The notes under the pieces are model-generated. The model saw nothing but the letters and a program-made list of their open reading frames with translations. It was not told where the DNA came from and did no database searches. DNA of 39,294 bases from an uncultured bacterium (GTDB lineage Bacteria; CG03; CAZUQH01): assembly GCA_964622465.1 (NCBI GenBank), contig CAZUQH010000006.1, positions 1-39,294 on the forward strand, read 5' to 3'. Shown in pieces: positions 26,154 to 34,779 of this stretch (the stretch's first letter is position 1; every line of letters starts with the position of its first letter). Both the position numbers and the translations under genes were made by a program.

Positions 26154-27293
26154 TTATTTCTTGGTGGCTGGGTAACGCTGTCGCAGGATTTCGCAGGCGC
26201 AGGAAAACAGTTTTATTATTTCAGGAATATGAAAGGTGTAAAGAGCAAGTACGCCTGATTGTCGCCAGGAAAAATGCACATGACTGAACAGGTCTATAAG
26301 AAAGAACTTATGCGAAATATGCATATCTTTTGTAGCTTTTGCGAGGCGTATACTTTCAAAATACGGCGATAAACTGTCATTCCTGGAGTGTAAAATAATA
26401 AGATGGCTAGAGAAATGCTCGAGAAATCTATCGGTTGATTGCGATTCCAGAATCCTTCTTTGATATGGGGAAAGAAGGGTTAAAGTGCGCAAGTGATCTT
26501 TACAGGTTATTAAAGAAAGGAACTGACGCCCTTCACGGGAAAGGCATTTTTCCATATTGTTTATGTCAGCTGCAAAGTCTTTCTTTTTCTGCTGCGCGAT
26601 TTTAAGTAGTATTTCCTGGTCATGAGGATTTGTTACAAAGTCGGTATTCTTTTCCAGAAAAACCCATCTTCCATCCGCTGGTGATGGTAGAGTTTGGGCG
26701 TATGGATATTTTCCCGACAAATGGTGAAGCACAAGGGCGTACGAGTCGTAGTATCCGCCAAATGATATTACGAATTTGACTCTCGAACTGATTGATGGCC
26801 TGGTAGCAGCGATAATCGAAGCAGGGCCACTAAATGAAATTCCCATAATCCCTGCTGCACGTTCGTCAACGTCAGGACGGTTTACCAGCGTTTGGAATGC
26901 ACGTTCTACCTGGTCAGTGGTTTCCGGTCTTATTTTCATCTGTCGCGCAAAGGTGAAATCAGCGAGCATAGTCGTGAACCCGCTTGCAGCGAAAACCTTT
27001 GCCACGTGATTTAAGAAAGGGTTATCCATGCCATCTGGATTTGCTCCATGTACAAGCAATAGAGCGGGACGTGGTTTTAGAGATGGTATGTAATACAAAG
27101 TTCCACGGAGGTCGCTTTCTCCGTAAGGAATTTGAATGTTTTTTGATTTGATATGAGGAGAAAGAGGGAAAGATAGAAACATCAGGTGTGGTATTGCTAT
27201 AATGGCACGTCCTATCGTTTCCACCTGGCGCCGGAAAACCAGCGCAAGTACCACGATAATGAATAAAACAACGAACGCTCCCAAGCAAGACAT
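26154..27293 (-). CDS. Membrane-anchored alpha/beta-hydrolase-fold protein
   Basis: This is the only minus-strand CDS I call. It has an N-terminal TM segment (LGAFVVLFIIVVLALVF), LLVHGAN and a GISFSG (GxSxG) nucleophile elbow, with later HSRND and SHVH as candidate Asp/His. The substrate is unknown. Confidence 0.6.
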   Translation of the reverse strand: MSCLGAFVVLFIIVVLALVFRRQVETIGRAIIAIPHLMFLSFPLSPHIKSKNIQIPYGESDLRGTLYYIPSLKPRPALLLVHGANPDGMDNPFLNHVAKVFAASGFTTMLADFTFARQMKIRPETTDQVERAFQTLVNRPDVDERAAGIMGISFSGPASIIAATRPSISSRVKFVISFGGYYDSYALVLHHLSGKYPYAQTLPSPADGRWVFLEKNTDFVTNPHDQEILLKIAQQKKKDFAADINNMEKCLSREGRQFLSLITCKDHLRTLTLLSPYQRRILESQSTDRFLEHFSSHLIILHSRNDSLSPYFESIRLAKATKDMHISHKFFLIDLFSHVHFSWRQSGVLALYTFHIPEIIKLFSCACEILRQRYPATKK

Positions 27294-28668
27294 AGATGTA
27301 TTATATAGCAGAATTGCCAGGAAATGTCAACGGATTTTTGGTGGTATTTTAAGGGAGATAGAATACGCAAGACAGTTGACGGACTGTCCAGTATGGCTTG
27401 TCGGGGGTGCGGTACGAGATATTATATGTCATTGCGAGGTCAGCGTAGCTGACCGAAGCAATCTCATTACTGGTACGGGATTGTATACGCGGTCTCGCAA
27501 TGACAATGTTGATATTGACCTTGTTGTTTGTGGCGACTGGAGAAGATTTACAAGCGGACTTGCAAGAAAATTCGGAGCAAAACCAACTTTTTTTCCACAA
27601 TTTCTTGGAGGACATTTTACCATTCAGACAGAAAAAAATAAGTACGAAGTTAATATTACTCATACTCGCAGGGAATCGTATATCAAGCCTGGCTCACTTC
27701 CACGAGTAGCGCCAACGACGCTTGAAGAAGATTTGGGACGCCGCGATTTTGCTATGAATGCTATTGCTGTTTCACTCAATCCAGAAAACTATCTGCAAAT
27801 TATAGATGCTTATGATGGTATTGAGGACATTCTACATAAGCGCATACGGGTTCTAAAGAAGGACAGTTTCAGGGAAGACCCGACCAGAATTATAAGAGCT
27901 ATCCGCTATGAAGTGCGGCTCGGCTTCCGTATGACGCAGGACACTCTGACCCGGATGAAAAATGCGATTAATGCCGGTCATATTGCACATATACCGGGCG
28001 AGCGCTTTCGGGATGAACTTGTGCTCAATTTGAAAGAACGCACTGCTTATGAGGGCATTCTCCGTCTCTTCAAATATGGTGTTTTTAGTTCCGTATGGCC
28101 AGAATTGACTATGACCACTGCAAAAAAGCGTTATATTCAACGGATAATTACCGGATGGGAATCATTGCGTAAGCTGGATTTAGGTGTTCCTGTTGATAGA
28201 TGGTTATGCTTGTTGATTGCGATATGCTGGGGCGCTTCCCGTAATAGCACGGGAGAAAAATCGTTGCTTCTCAAAAGAGAAATCGCAAAACATCTGGGGT
28301 TGGATAAGCGGCAATCGCAGGCGCTTATCAACTCAGAAGTGCAAATCAGGAAAGCGCAAAGAATAATTTACAAAAGGGATACAAGTGCATCTGCAATTAC
28401 AACTGCACTTGATGGTTGCGGTGAATATGCACTTGCTATACTGTTTCTTGTTGTAACATCAAGACGCGCAAAAAACCAAGTTATGCGTTACGTTAACGAC
28501 TGGAAAAAGAGAAAGCCACTGCTTAACGGTAACGACTTAAAAAAGATGGGTTTGGAACCAGGACCCGGGTTTCAGAAAATCCTGACTGAGCTCCGACTGG
28601 CACAGATAGACGGTAAGATATCTAACCGTCGCCAGGCAAAACAATTTGTCCTGTCGTCTAATAGCTAA
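27259..28668 (+). CDS. CCA-adding enzyme / poly(A) polymerase family (class II tRNA nucleotidyltransferase) carrying an in-frame repeat insertion
   Basis: WLVGGAVRD ... DIDLVV, RRDFAMNAIA and EDPTRIIRAIRYEVRLGF. The start is uncertain: ATG 27259 and ATG 27202 both overlap the 5' end of the divergent hydrolase gene. Confidence 0.75.
   Translation: MNKTTNAPKQDIDVLYSRIARKCQRIFGGILREIEYARQLTDCPVWLVGGAVRDIICHCEVSVADRSNLITGTGLYTRSRNDNVDIDLVVCGDWRRFTSGLARKFGAKPTFFPQFLGGHFTIQTEKNKYEVNITHTRRESYIKPGSLPRVAPTTLEEDLGRRDFAMNAIAVSLNPENYLQIIDAYDGIEDILHKRIRVLKKDSFREDPTRIIRAIRYEVRLGFRMTQDTLTRMKNAINAGHIAHIPGERFRDELVLNLKERTAYEGILRLFKYGVFSSVWPELTMTTAKKRYIQRIITGWESLRKLDLGVPVDRWLCLLIAICWGASRNSTGEKSLLLKREIAKHLGLDKRQSQALINSEVQIRKAQRIIYKRDTSASAITTALDGCGEYALAILFLVVTSRRAKNQVMRYVNDWKKRKPLLNGNDLKKMGLEPGPGFQKILTELRLAQIDGKISNRRQAKQFVLSSNS
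27427..27505. repeat. Composite hairpin-repeat pair inside the CCA-enzyme CDS
   Basis: tGTCATTGCGAG-GTCAGCgtaGCTGAC-CGAAGCAATC, then the spacer tcattactggtacgg, then GATTGtatacgcggtCTCGCAATGACa. It is read through as 26 codons (CHCEVSVADRSNLITGTGLYTRSRND). Confidence 0.85.
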
Positions 28669-28688
28669 AATGCTATAACATACCACAG

Positions 28689-28716
28689 TTGATTTCCCGC
28701 ACAAAATTGATATAAT
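28689..28716 (+). promoter_or_regulatory. Extended -10 promoter candidate upstream of the two-gene nucleotidyltransferase module
   Basis: TTGATT (28689-28694), a 16-nt spacer ending in TGa, then TATAAT (28711-28716). A downstream inverted repeat, GACAAC (28734-28739) and GTTGTC (28772-28777), could be an operator. Confidence 0.45.
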
Positions 28717-28800
28717 ATACTTGCAGTTTACCAGACAACGCCGTAACTCCCCCTCGCTTTAGCGATAGAGAGTTGTCAAGGTATCACTCACAAAAAAGGC

Positions 28801-29154
28801 ATGGGGCTGGTGATGGGAAACGCAGCAGTAATTGACCATGCAGATGATATTATGAAAAAATTACCTGGTTTTTTAAAAAAATATTTTTGGGATGTAGAGT
28901 TTGAAAAATTAGATGCGGAAGCGTATTCCCGGGACATATTGGCGAGATTGCTTGAGCATGGTGATAAAAAGGCGATTAGTTGGATGAAGAGAAATTTTAC
29001 CAAAGATCAGATTGAAGATGTTTTATTTCATTATCGCAGCGTTTCACCGCAGAGCGCAAATTTTTGGGCGTTAATTTTTGATATCGATAAAAAGGAAATT
29101 TTGTGTTTACAAAAACCTTATTTGGAGATGCGAAGAAGGCATTGGCCGTATTAG
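28801..29154 (+). CDS. Small conserved hypothetical protein, putative partner (antitoxin-like) of the downstream nucleotidyltransferase
   Basis: The FWDVEFEKLD...ILARLLEHGDKKAISWMKRNF...SPQSANFWALIF pattern is one I recognise from small ORFs that precede AbiEii-like genes. I cannot confirm the family name. The start is ambiguous (28801, 28813 or 28852). It overlaps the next gene by 52 nt. Confidence 0.5.
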   Translation: MGLVMGNAAVIDHADDIMKKLPGFLKKYFWDVEFEKLDAEAYSRDILARLLEHGDKKAISWMKRNFTKDQIEDVLFHYRSVSPQSANFWALIFDIDKKEILCLQKPYLEMRRRHWPY

Positions 29155-29747
29155 GCAAATCGCATCTGCTGGATAACACCTATTTGGCAGGCGGTACAGC
29201 CTGCGCCTTACAAATAGGGCACAGGATTTCTGTAGATTTAGATTTCTTCACCCCAAAGGAATTTGATGCTAAAGAGCTGAGCCGCTCTTTGAAAAAAGTC
29301 GGTAAGTTTAAAGCAGAGAAACAAAGTTGGGGAACTATCTTAGGTACTTTAGAAGGGATAAAGTTTAGCATCTTTGTTTACAAATATCCTGTTTTATTCC
29401 CTTTTAAATCCATATTCGATATGAATATTCTTGATTTACGAGATATTGCGGCCATGAAAATAGACGCTATCAGCACAAGGGGCATTAGGAGAGATTTTAT
29501 AGATCTTTATTTTATATGCCAAAAGGGGATATCCTTAAGTGAAATATTGTCGTTTTATGACCGTAAATACGGCACTTTAGCTTCCAACGTTATTCATATC
29601 CAAAAGAGTTTAGTTTATTTTATGGATGCTGAAGCAACTGCGATGCCCAGGATGTTAAAAAAAGCAACATGGGAAGATGTAAAGAAATATTTCGAAAACG
29701 AAGTAAAGAAACTGGTAGAAGACACTAATGTGATAATAACAAAATGA
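29103..29747 (+). CDS. Nucleotidyltransferase AbiEii/AbiGii-toxin-like family protein (short form)
   Basis: GTG start. LAGGTACALQIGHRISVDLDFF is a minimal-NTase G-x-DxD motif as in the DUF1814/AbiEii family. DIAAMKIDAISTRGIRRDFIDLYF follows. ATGA overlap with the downstream M50 protease gene. Confidence 0.55.
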   Translation: MFTKTLFGDAKKALAVLGKSHLLDNTYLAGGTACALQIGHRISVDLDFFTPKEFDAKELSRSLKKVGKFKAEKQSWGTILGTLEGIKFSIFVYKYPVLFPFKSIFDMNILDLRDIAAMKIDAISTRGIRRDFIDLYFICQKGISLSEILSFYDRKYGTLASNVIHIQKSLVYFMDAEATAMPRMLKKATWEDVKKYFENEVKKLVEDTNVIITK

Positions 29748-30385
29748 CACAGATTCCGCTGTGGATTCAACTTATAATCCTGTTTTTTTCCATAGTAGTG
29801 CATGAGTGCAGTCATGGCTGGGTAGCGAACCAGCTAGGTGACCCAACAGCACGATTGAGTGGACGGCTTACCCTGAATCCATTACCTCATATTGACATAA
29901 TGGGCACGATCCTTTTACCACTTATTTTGATTATTACCCACTCACCGATATTGTTTGGATGGGCAAAACCGGTGCCGATAAATCCTTATAACTTTGTAAA
30001 TCCACGCAGGGATATGATGAAAGTTGCTTTTGGCGGGCCAGGTTCAAATTTAGCTCTTGCTCTGGTTGCATCGGGGTTATTCTGGCTTACAAATGCACTC
30101 GTAGGTTATAATATTTCTACACAGTTATGGATGAATACGCTTTTGTTTATGGGTTTCATAAATATTTTGCTCGCGGTGTTCAACCTTGTACCTATTCCAC
30201 CACTTGATGGTTCGCGAATCGTATCGGGATTGTTGCCGCCACATGCTGCTATGACATACGAGAGGATTACGCCAATGGGGTTCTTTATAATATTTATACT
30301 GTTGTTTACCGGCGTGCTCTGGTATTTACTTGGGCCAGTGCTTAATTTCTTTATGCATATTCTGTTTGGGCCCGGATTAATGTGA
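29744..30385 (+). CDS. Site-2 protease family (peptidase M50) membrane metalloprotease
   Basis: HECSHG (HExxH) in the first TM region, RLTLNPLPHID and a later NLVPIPPLDGS motif. The protein is polytopic. Confidence 0.8.
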   Translation: MTQIPLWIQLIILFFSIVVHECSHGWVANQLGDPTARLSGRLTLNPLPHIDIMGTILLPLILIITHSPILFGWAKPVPINPYNFVNPRRDMMKVAFGGPGSNLALALVASGLFWLTNALVGYNISTQLWMNTLLFMGFINILLAVFNLVPIPPLDGSRIVSGLLPPHAAMTYERITPMGFFIIFILLFTGVLWYLLGPVLNFFMHILFGPGLM

Positions 30386-31365
30386 TGAAAGAAAGAATAC
30401 TGAGCGGCATGAGACCCACGGGTAAGCTCCATCTCGGACACTTCGTTGGCGCACTTACGAACTGGGTAGCACTGCAGGATAAATACGAATGCTTTTACAT
30501 GGTTGCTGACTGGCATGCACTTGATACGGAATATGCAAATACGGACAAGCTTCGTGAGAATACGGAAGAGATGGTTCTGGACTGGCTCGCTTTTGGGCTG
30601 GACCCGAAGCGTTCATGCCTGTTCATTCAGTCGCACGTCCCGGAACACGCTGTGCTTAATATCATATTTTCAACGATTACCCCTGTTTCGTGGCTTGAGC
30701 GCTGCCCTACGTACAAGCAACAGTTGCAAGAACTATCTGACCGCGAGATTCGTACCCATGGGTTTCTCGGATATCCGGTGCTGCAGGCAGTGGATATTCT
30801 TATTTACAAGGCAACGCGTGTTCCGGTAGGTGAAGACCAGTTGCCCCATCTTGAGTTAACCCGTGAAATTGCACGGAGGTTCAATTATTTTTACGGTCCT
30901 CTATTTCCGGAACCGCAGGCGTTGCTCACAAAGTCAAGCCGTCTTCCTGGTACCGACGGCCGTAAGATGAGTAAATCATACGGGAACAGCATTCTTCTTT
31001 CTGATTCAGAAAAAGAGATTGAAAGAAAGATAAAAAATATGATAACCGACCCAGAAAGGATTCATGCAAATGACGCCGGCCACCCGGATGCATGTGTTGC
31101 TTACCAGTATTGGAAGGCGTTTGCGCCAGAGCGCGCATCTGAAATTGAGCCGCAGTGTAAACATGGCAAGGTTGGTTGCGTTGCGTGTAAGAAAGAACTT
31201 GCCGAAATTGTGATTACTACGCTCAGGCCTTATCAGGAAAAGAGGCATGAATACGAAAAACAAAAGAATCTGGTAAGAGAGATACTTGAAGATGGTTCTA
31301 TGAAGGCGCGTAAAATCGCTTCTGAGACGTTAGCAGAGGCGAATGAATTAATAAAGATGTGGTAG
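30385..31365 (+). CDS. trpS: Tryptophan--tRNA ligase
   Basis: SGMRPTGKLHLGHFVGAL (HIGH-type), GEDQLPHLELTR and KMSKS. Confidence 0.9.
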   Translation: MKERILSGMRPTGKLHLGHFVGALTNWVALQDKYECFYMVADWHALDTEYANTDKLRENTEEMVLDWLAFGLDPKRSCLFIQSHVPEHAVLNIIFSTITPVSWLERCPTYKQQLQELSDREIRTHGFLGYPVLQAVDILIYKATRVPVGEDQLPHLELTREIARRFNYFYGPLFPEPQALLTKSSRLPGTDGRKMSKSYGNSILLSDSEKEIERKIKNMITDPERIHANDAGHPDACVAYQYWKAFAPERASEIEPQCKHGKVGCVACKKELAEIVITTLRPYQEKRHEYEKQKNLVREILEDGSMKARKIASETLAEANELIKMW

Positions 31366-31367
31366 TT

Positions 31368-32093
31368 ATGAATAGTCCTCTGGAAGTCAATACTTCATAT
31401 TTTCAGGGTCCGCTAAATCTTTTGATTGAACTTATCAAAAGAGAAGATATAGAAATAGGCAGGGTGATTCTTGCGGAACTAACAGGATGGTTTCTTGAAG
31501 AATGGGAGCGCCAGGCAAAGTCAATAACAGCAGGAATCGAATTCCTGGATGGCGCCTCTTCTCTTATCTGGCTTAAGTCAGTACTCTTATTGCCGCAACA
31601 GGAAAATACAGAAGAAGAGGCAGAGTTAAAACCAGAACTGGATATACACAGAGAACGTGCATATCGCCAGTTTGTTGATTTGTGTGAATTGCTCAAACAG
31701 AGGCAACTCTGGCGTTCTCAGATTTTTACAAGGCCTGTGCCTAAATTTACAGATGATGATTACGTATTGGATGTAGGGCTGTTTGACCTTGTGGCAGCAT
31801 TCCAGCAGGTACTTACAAACCGTACTGAGGAGCCGTCCCCAAAAGAAATAATTGTTGACGAGATAACTGTACAGGACAGGATAAAGTACATTTTAAAAGC
31901 TTTTTCAGGCAGAAGGTACGTCCATTTTTCTTCCGTTTTTGGAGAGCGTGCCAGCCGGCAGGAGCTTATTGTTACATTTCTCGCAATTCTGGAGCTTATA
32001 AAGGTAGGCAAAATATTTGCACGTCAACTAAAATTATTCGGGGATATCCGGCTATACGCAAATTACGCAAATGGAAAAGCAGGAATTAATTAG
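31368..32093 (+). CDS. scpA: Segregation and condensation protein A
   Basis: FQGPLNLLIELIKREDIEI N-terminus and a C-terminal RQELIVTFLAILELIK winged helix. Located upstream of scpB. Confidence 0.85.
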   Translation: MNSPLEVNTSYFQGPLNLLIELIKREDIEIGRVILAELTGWFLEEWERQAKSITAGIEFLDGASSLIWLKSVLLLPQQENTEEEAELKPELDIHRERAYRQFVDLCELLKQRQLWRSQIFTRPVPKFTDDDYVLDVGLFDLVAAFQQVLTNRTEEPSPKEIIVDEITVQDRIKYILKAFSGRRYVHFSSVFGERASRQELIVTFLAILELIKVGKIFARQLKLFGDIRLYANYANGKAGIN

Positions 32094-32601
32094 AGTAATA
32101 GAAGCGCTGCTTTTTGCTCAAGCCCTGCCAGTATCTGTCAGTAAGCTCGGACAGGTTACCGGGGCGACTGAAGAACAGATTGTACAGGCGGTTGATGGGC
32201 TGCGTGAATTGTTGGATAAAAACGGACATGCGCTTACGGTCAATAAGGTTGCTGGCGGCTATGAGTTGGGCACGAGACCTGAATATTCTTCATATATTAA
32301 AAAGCTGTTCAAGGAAGAAACAACCCTTACACTGTCGCGCTCGGCGCTCGAAACTCTCGCTATAACCGCTTACAATCAGCCAGTTACTCGCGCTGCGATT
32401 GAGTCGGTGCGTGGAGTTGATGCAAGCGGGTGCCTGAGGACGCTTATGGAAAGAAAACTTATCAGGATTGCGGGACGTAAGCGCGCGCCAGGCAGACCGT
32501 TGGTTTACGCTACCACAGAACATTTCCTGAGGACTTTTGGGTTGAATGACCTTTCGGAGATGCCGCGTTTAGAGGAAGCGCAGGAGCAGAGGGGTGAATG
32601 A
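32071..32601 (+). CDS. scpB: Segregation and condensation protein B
   Basis: IEALLFAQALPVS, LSRSALETLAITAYNQPVTRAAIESVRGV and TTEHFLRTFGL. Confidence 0.88.
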   Translation: MEKQELIRVIEALLFAQALPVSVSKLGQVTGATEEQIVQAVDGLRELLDKNGHALTVNKVAGGYELGTRPEYSSYIKKLFKEETTLTLSRSALETLAITAYNQPVTRAAIESVRGVDASGCLRTLMERKLIRIAGRKRAPGRPLVYATTEHFLRTFGLNDLSEMPRLEEAQEQRGE

Positions 32602-33677
32602 TGGATATAAATGAGATGCGTCACAAAATCGATAAGATAGATACTGAATTGCTGAAACTCTTGAATGAACGTTTGCATCTTTCTGTGAGTATAGGCCGCC
32701 ATAAATCTACGCATGGCAAGAGCGTTTTTTTGCCGGAGCGTGAGAGCACGATAATCCGGCGGCTGGAACGGCTTAACAAAGGTCCGTTACCCAGAGAAGC
32801 GCTTATGGATATATTCCGGGAGATATTAAATGTCTCTAGGAATCTTCAGAAGCGTATCAAAGTCGCATATTTAGGGCCACCCGCAACTTTCACGCATTCC
32901 GCAGCAATTGTGAAATTCGGGCGTCGCGCCGAATTGGTACCGGAGCCATCTATTACAGATGTCTTTCGCGAAGTGGAAAAGACGCTTGCCGACTATGGAG
33001 TCGTCCCTGTTGAAAATTCTGCGGAAGGAATGGTTACGCACACGCTGGACATGCTTATGGATTCGGATTTGAAGATTTGCGCAGAAATAATACTTAAAGT
33101 ATCACATTGTTTATTGTCCAGGTCGTCGACAGTAACCAAAATAAAGAAATTATATGCAAATTCGCAAGCGTACGCACAGTGCCGTGAGTGGGTTTCAAGT
33201 CACCTTCCAAACGTGCCTGTTATAGAAGTTGCGTCCACGAGTGAATCAGCCAGGAGAGCGCAACTTGAAACTGGTGCGGCTGCGATTGCCTCACGTGAAG
33301 CCGCGACAACTTATGATTTGAACGTTCTTGCGCAGGGGATTGAAGATACAAGGGATAATATAACAAGGTTCCTTGTAATAGGACGTCAATCACCAGCTGC
33401 CAGCGGGGATGACAAAACATCAATCCTTTTTTCCATCAAAGACAGGGTTGGCGCGCTATATGACATGTTGAAACCATTCAGGAAACATAATGTCAACCTT
33501 ACTAAAATCGAATCCCGCCCGACTGGCCATAAAGTGTGGGAATACGTATTTTTTGTAGATTTTATCGGGCACCAGAATGACCAGAAAATTCGGATTGCGC
33601 TCAAGGAACTTCAGTCTCAATGCGAATTTGTGAAAATCCTGGGGTCTTATCCGCGAGAGAAGTATAAGCATGGGTAA
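32598..33677 (+). CDS. pheA: Bifunctional chorismate mutase / prephenate dehydratase (P-protein)
   Basis: N-terminal CM domain (IDKIDTELLKLLNERL), PDT domain (VAYLGPPATFTH, ITRFLVIG) and an ACT domain with KIESRPT. Confidence 0.88.
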   Translation: MMDINEMRHKIDKIDTELLKLLNERLHLSVSIGRHKSTHGKSVFLPERESTIIRRLERLNKGPLPREALMDIFREILNVSRNLQKRIKVAYLGPPATFTHSAAIVKFGRRAELVPEPSITDVFREVEKTLADYGVVPVENSAEGMVTHTLDMLMDSDLKICAEIILKVSHCLLSRSSTVTKIKKLYANSQAYAQCREWVSSHLPNVPVIEVASTSESARRAQLETGAAAIASREAATTYDLNVLAQGIEDTRDNITRFLVIGRQSPAASGDDKTSILFSIKDRVGALYDMLKPFRKHNVNLTKIESRPTGHKVWEYVFFVDFIGHQNDQKIRIALKELQSQCEFVKILGSYPREKYKHG

Positions 33678-34770
33678 AACTATTTATCAGATGGCGCGCA
33701 AGGAAGTCAGGGGTTTCAAGCCGTATCAGGCAGGGAAACCTATCGACGAACTTAAACGGCAGCGGCATCTTTCGGACGTAATAAAACTTGCGTCAAACGA
33801 GAATGCGTTTGGACCGTCACCGCTCGCTCTCAAAAGTGCGCAAAAAATTCTAAGGCAAATAAACCGCTATCCTGACCCGGGTGGTTATTATCTTTGTAAA
33901 CGCATTGCAAGCCATTGGCGGATTCCTAAAAGTCAGGTTACTCTTGGAAATGGAACAGATGAACTTATAGAACTTGTCGCAAAAGCATTCTTGAACCCGG
34001 AAGATGAAATTGTTATATCGCAGCATGCATTCATTCGTTACCGCATGGCAGGCGAGTTAATGGGGTGCAAAATTAAAGAGGTTCCAATGCGTTCGCTTAC
34101 TCATGACCTGGGTGCATTTGCTAAAGCGATTACGAAACGGACAAAGCTCTGTTTTGTTGCAAATCCGAATAATCCTACCGGCACATATGTCAATGCGCGT
34201 GAGGTTTCGCGTTTTATGAGTTCTATACCAAAAGATATGGTTGTTGTTTTTGATGAAGCATATACAGAGTATGTCACGGCGAAGGATTATCCTAACATGA
34301 TAGAATATTTGCGTCATGGTAAACGTATTGTAATACTGAGAACACTTTCTAAAATTTATGGTCTTGCGGGTTTAAGAATTGGTTATGCACTTGCTCCTTC
34401 TTCAATAGTGGAGATAATAGACCGCATTAGACCTCCATTTAATACTTCTATTGTGGCTCAGGCAGCAGCATGTGCAGCACTTGATGATTATGCGCATATC
34501 AGAAAGTGTAGTAAACTCAACAGGCAAGGAATGAAATACCTGGAAGGCGAGTTTCATAAACTTGGTCTTGAGACAGTTCCGTCACAGTGCAATTTCATAC
34601 TCGTAAAATTTGGTCCACGTGCTGCCAGGATAAATGAAGAGTTGCTTTCTCGCGGGATTATCGTGCGTCCGTTGCCAGATTATGGATTGGATGAATATTT
34701 ACGTATTACGATTGGAAAGCCGGAAGAGAATAGAAGATTGGTGCGTGCACTCAAGGGGGGATACTGTTAG
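33670..34770 (+). CDS. hisC: Histidinol-phosphate / aromatic aminotransferase (class II)
   Basis: LASNENAFGPSP, NPNNPTG and the PLP-lysine motif SKIYGLAGLRIGY. The context suggests a role in Phe/Tyr synthesis. Confidence 0.85.
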   Translation: MGKTIYQMARKEVRGFKPYQAGKPIDELKRQRHLSDVIKLASNENAFGPSPLALKSAQKILRQINRYPDPGGYYLCKRIASHWRIPKSQVTLGNGTDELIELVAKAFLNPEDEIVISQHAFIRYRMAGELMGCKIKEVPMRSLTHDLGAFAKAITKRTKLCFVANPNNPTGTYVNAREVSRFMSSIPKDMVVVFDEAYTEYVTAKDYPNMIEYLRHGKRIVILRTLSKIYGLAGLRIGYALAPSSIVEIIDRIRPPFNTSIVAQAAACAALDDYAHIRKCSKLNRQGMKYLEGEFHKLGLETVPSQCNFILVKFGPRAARINEELLSRGIIVRPLPDYGLDEYLRITIGKPEENRRLVRALKGGYC

Positions 34771-34779
34771 GGGGATACT

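Noticed and set aside
5394-27505. Whether the recurring hairpin repeats could be a CRISPR array.
   Set aside because: The copies are scattered over 22 kb at irregular spacing and in both orientations, and some lie inside genes. There is no tandem repeat-spacer organisation and there are no cas genes.
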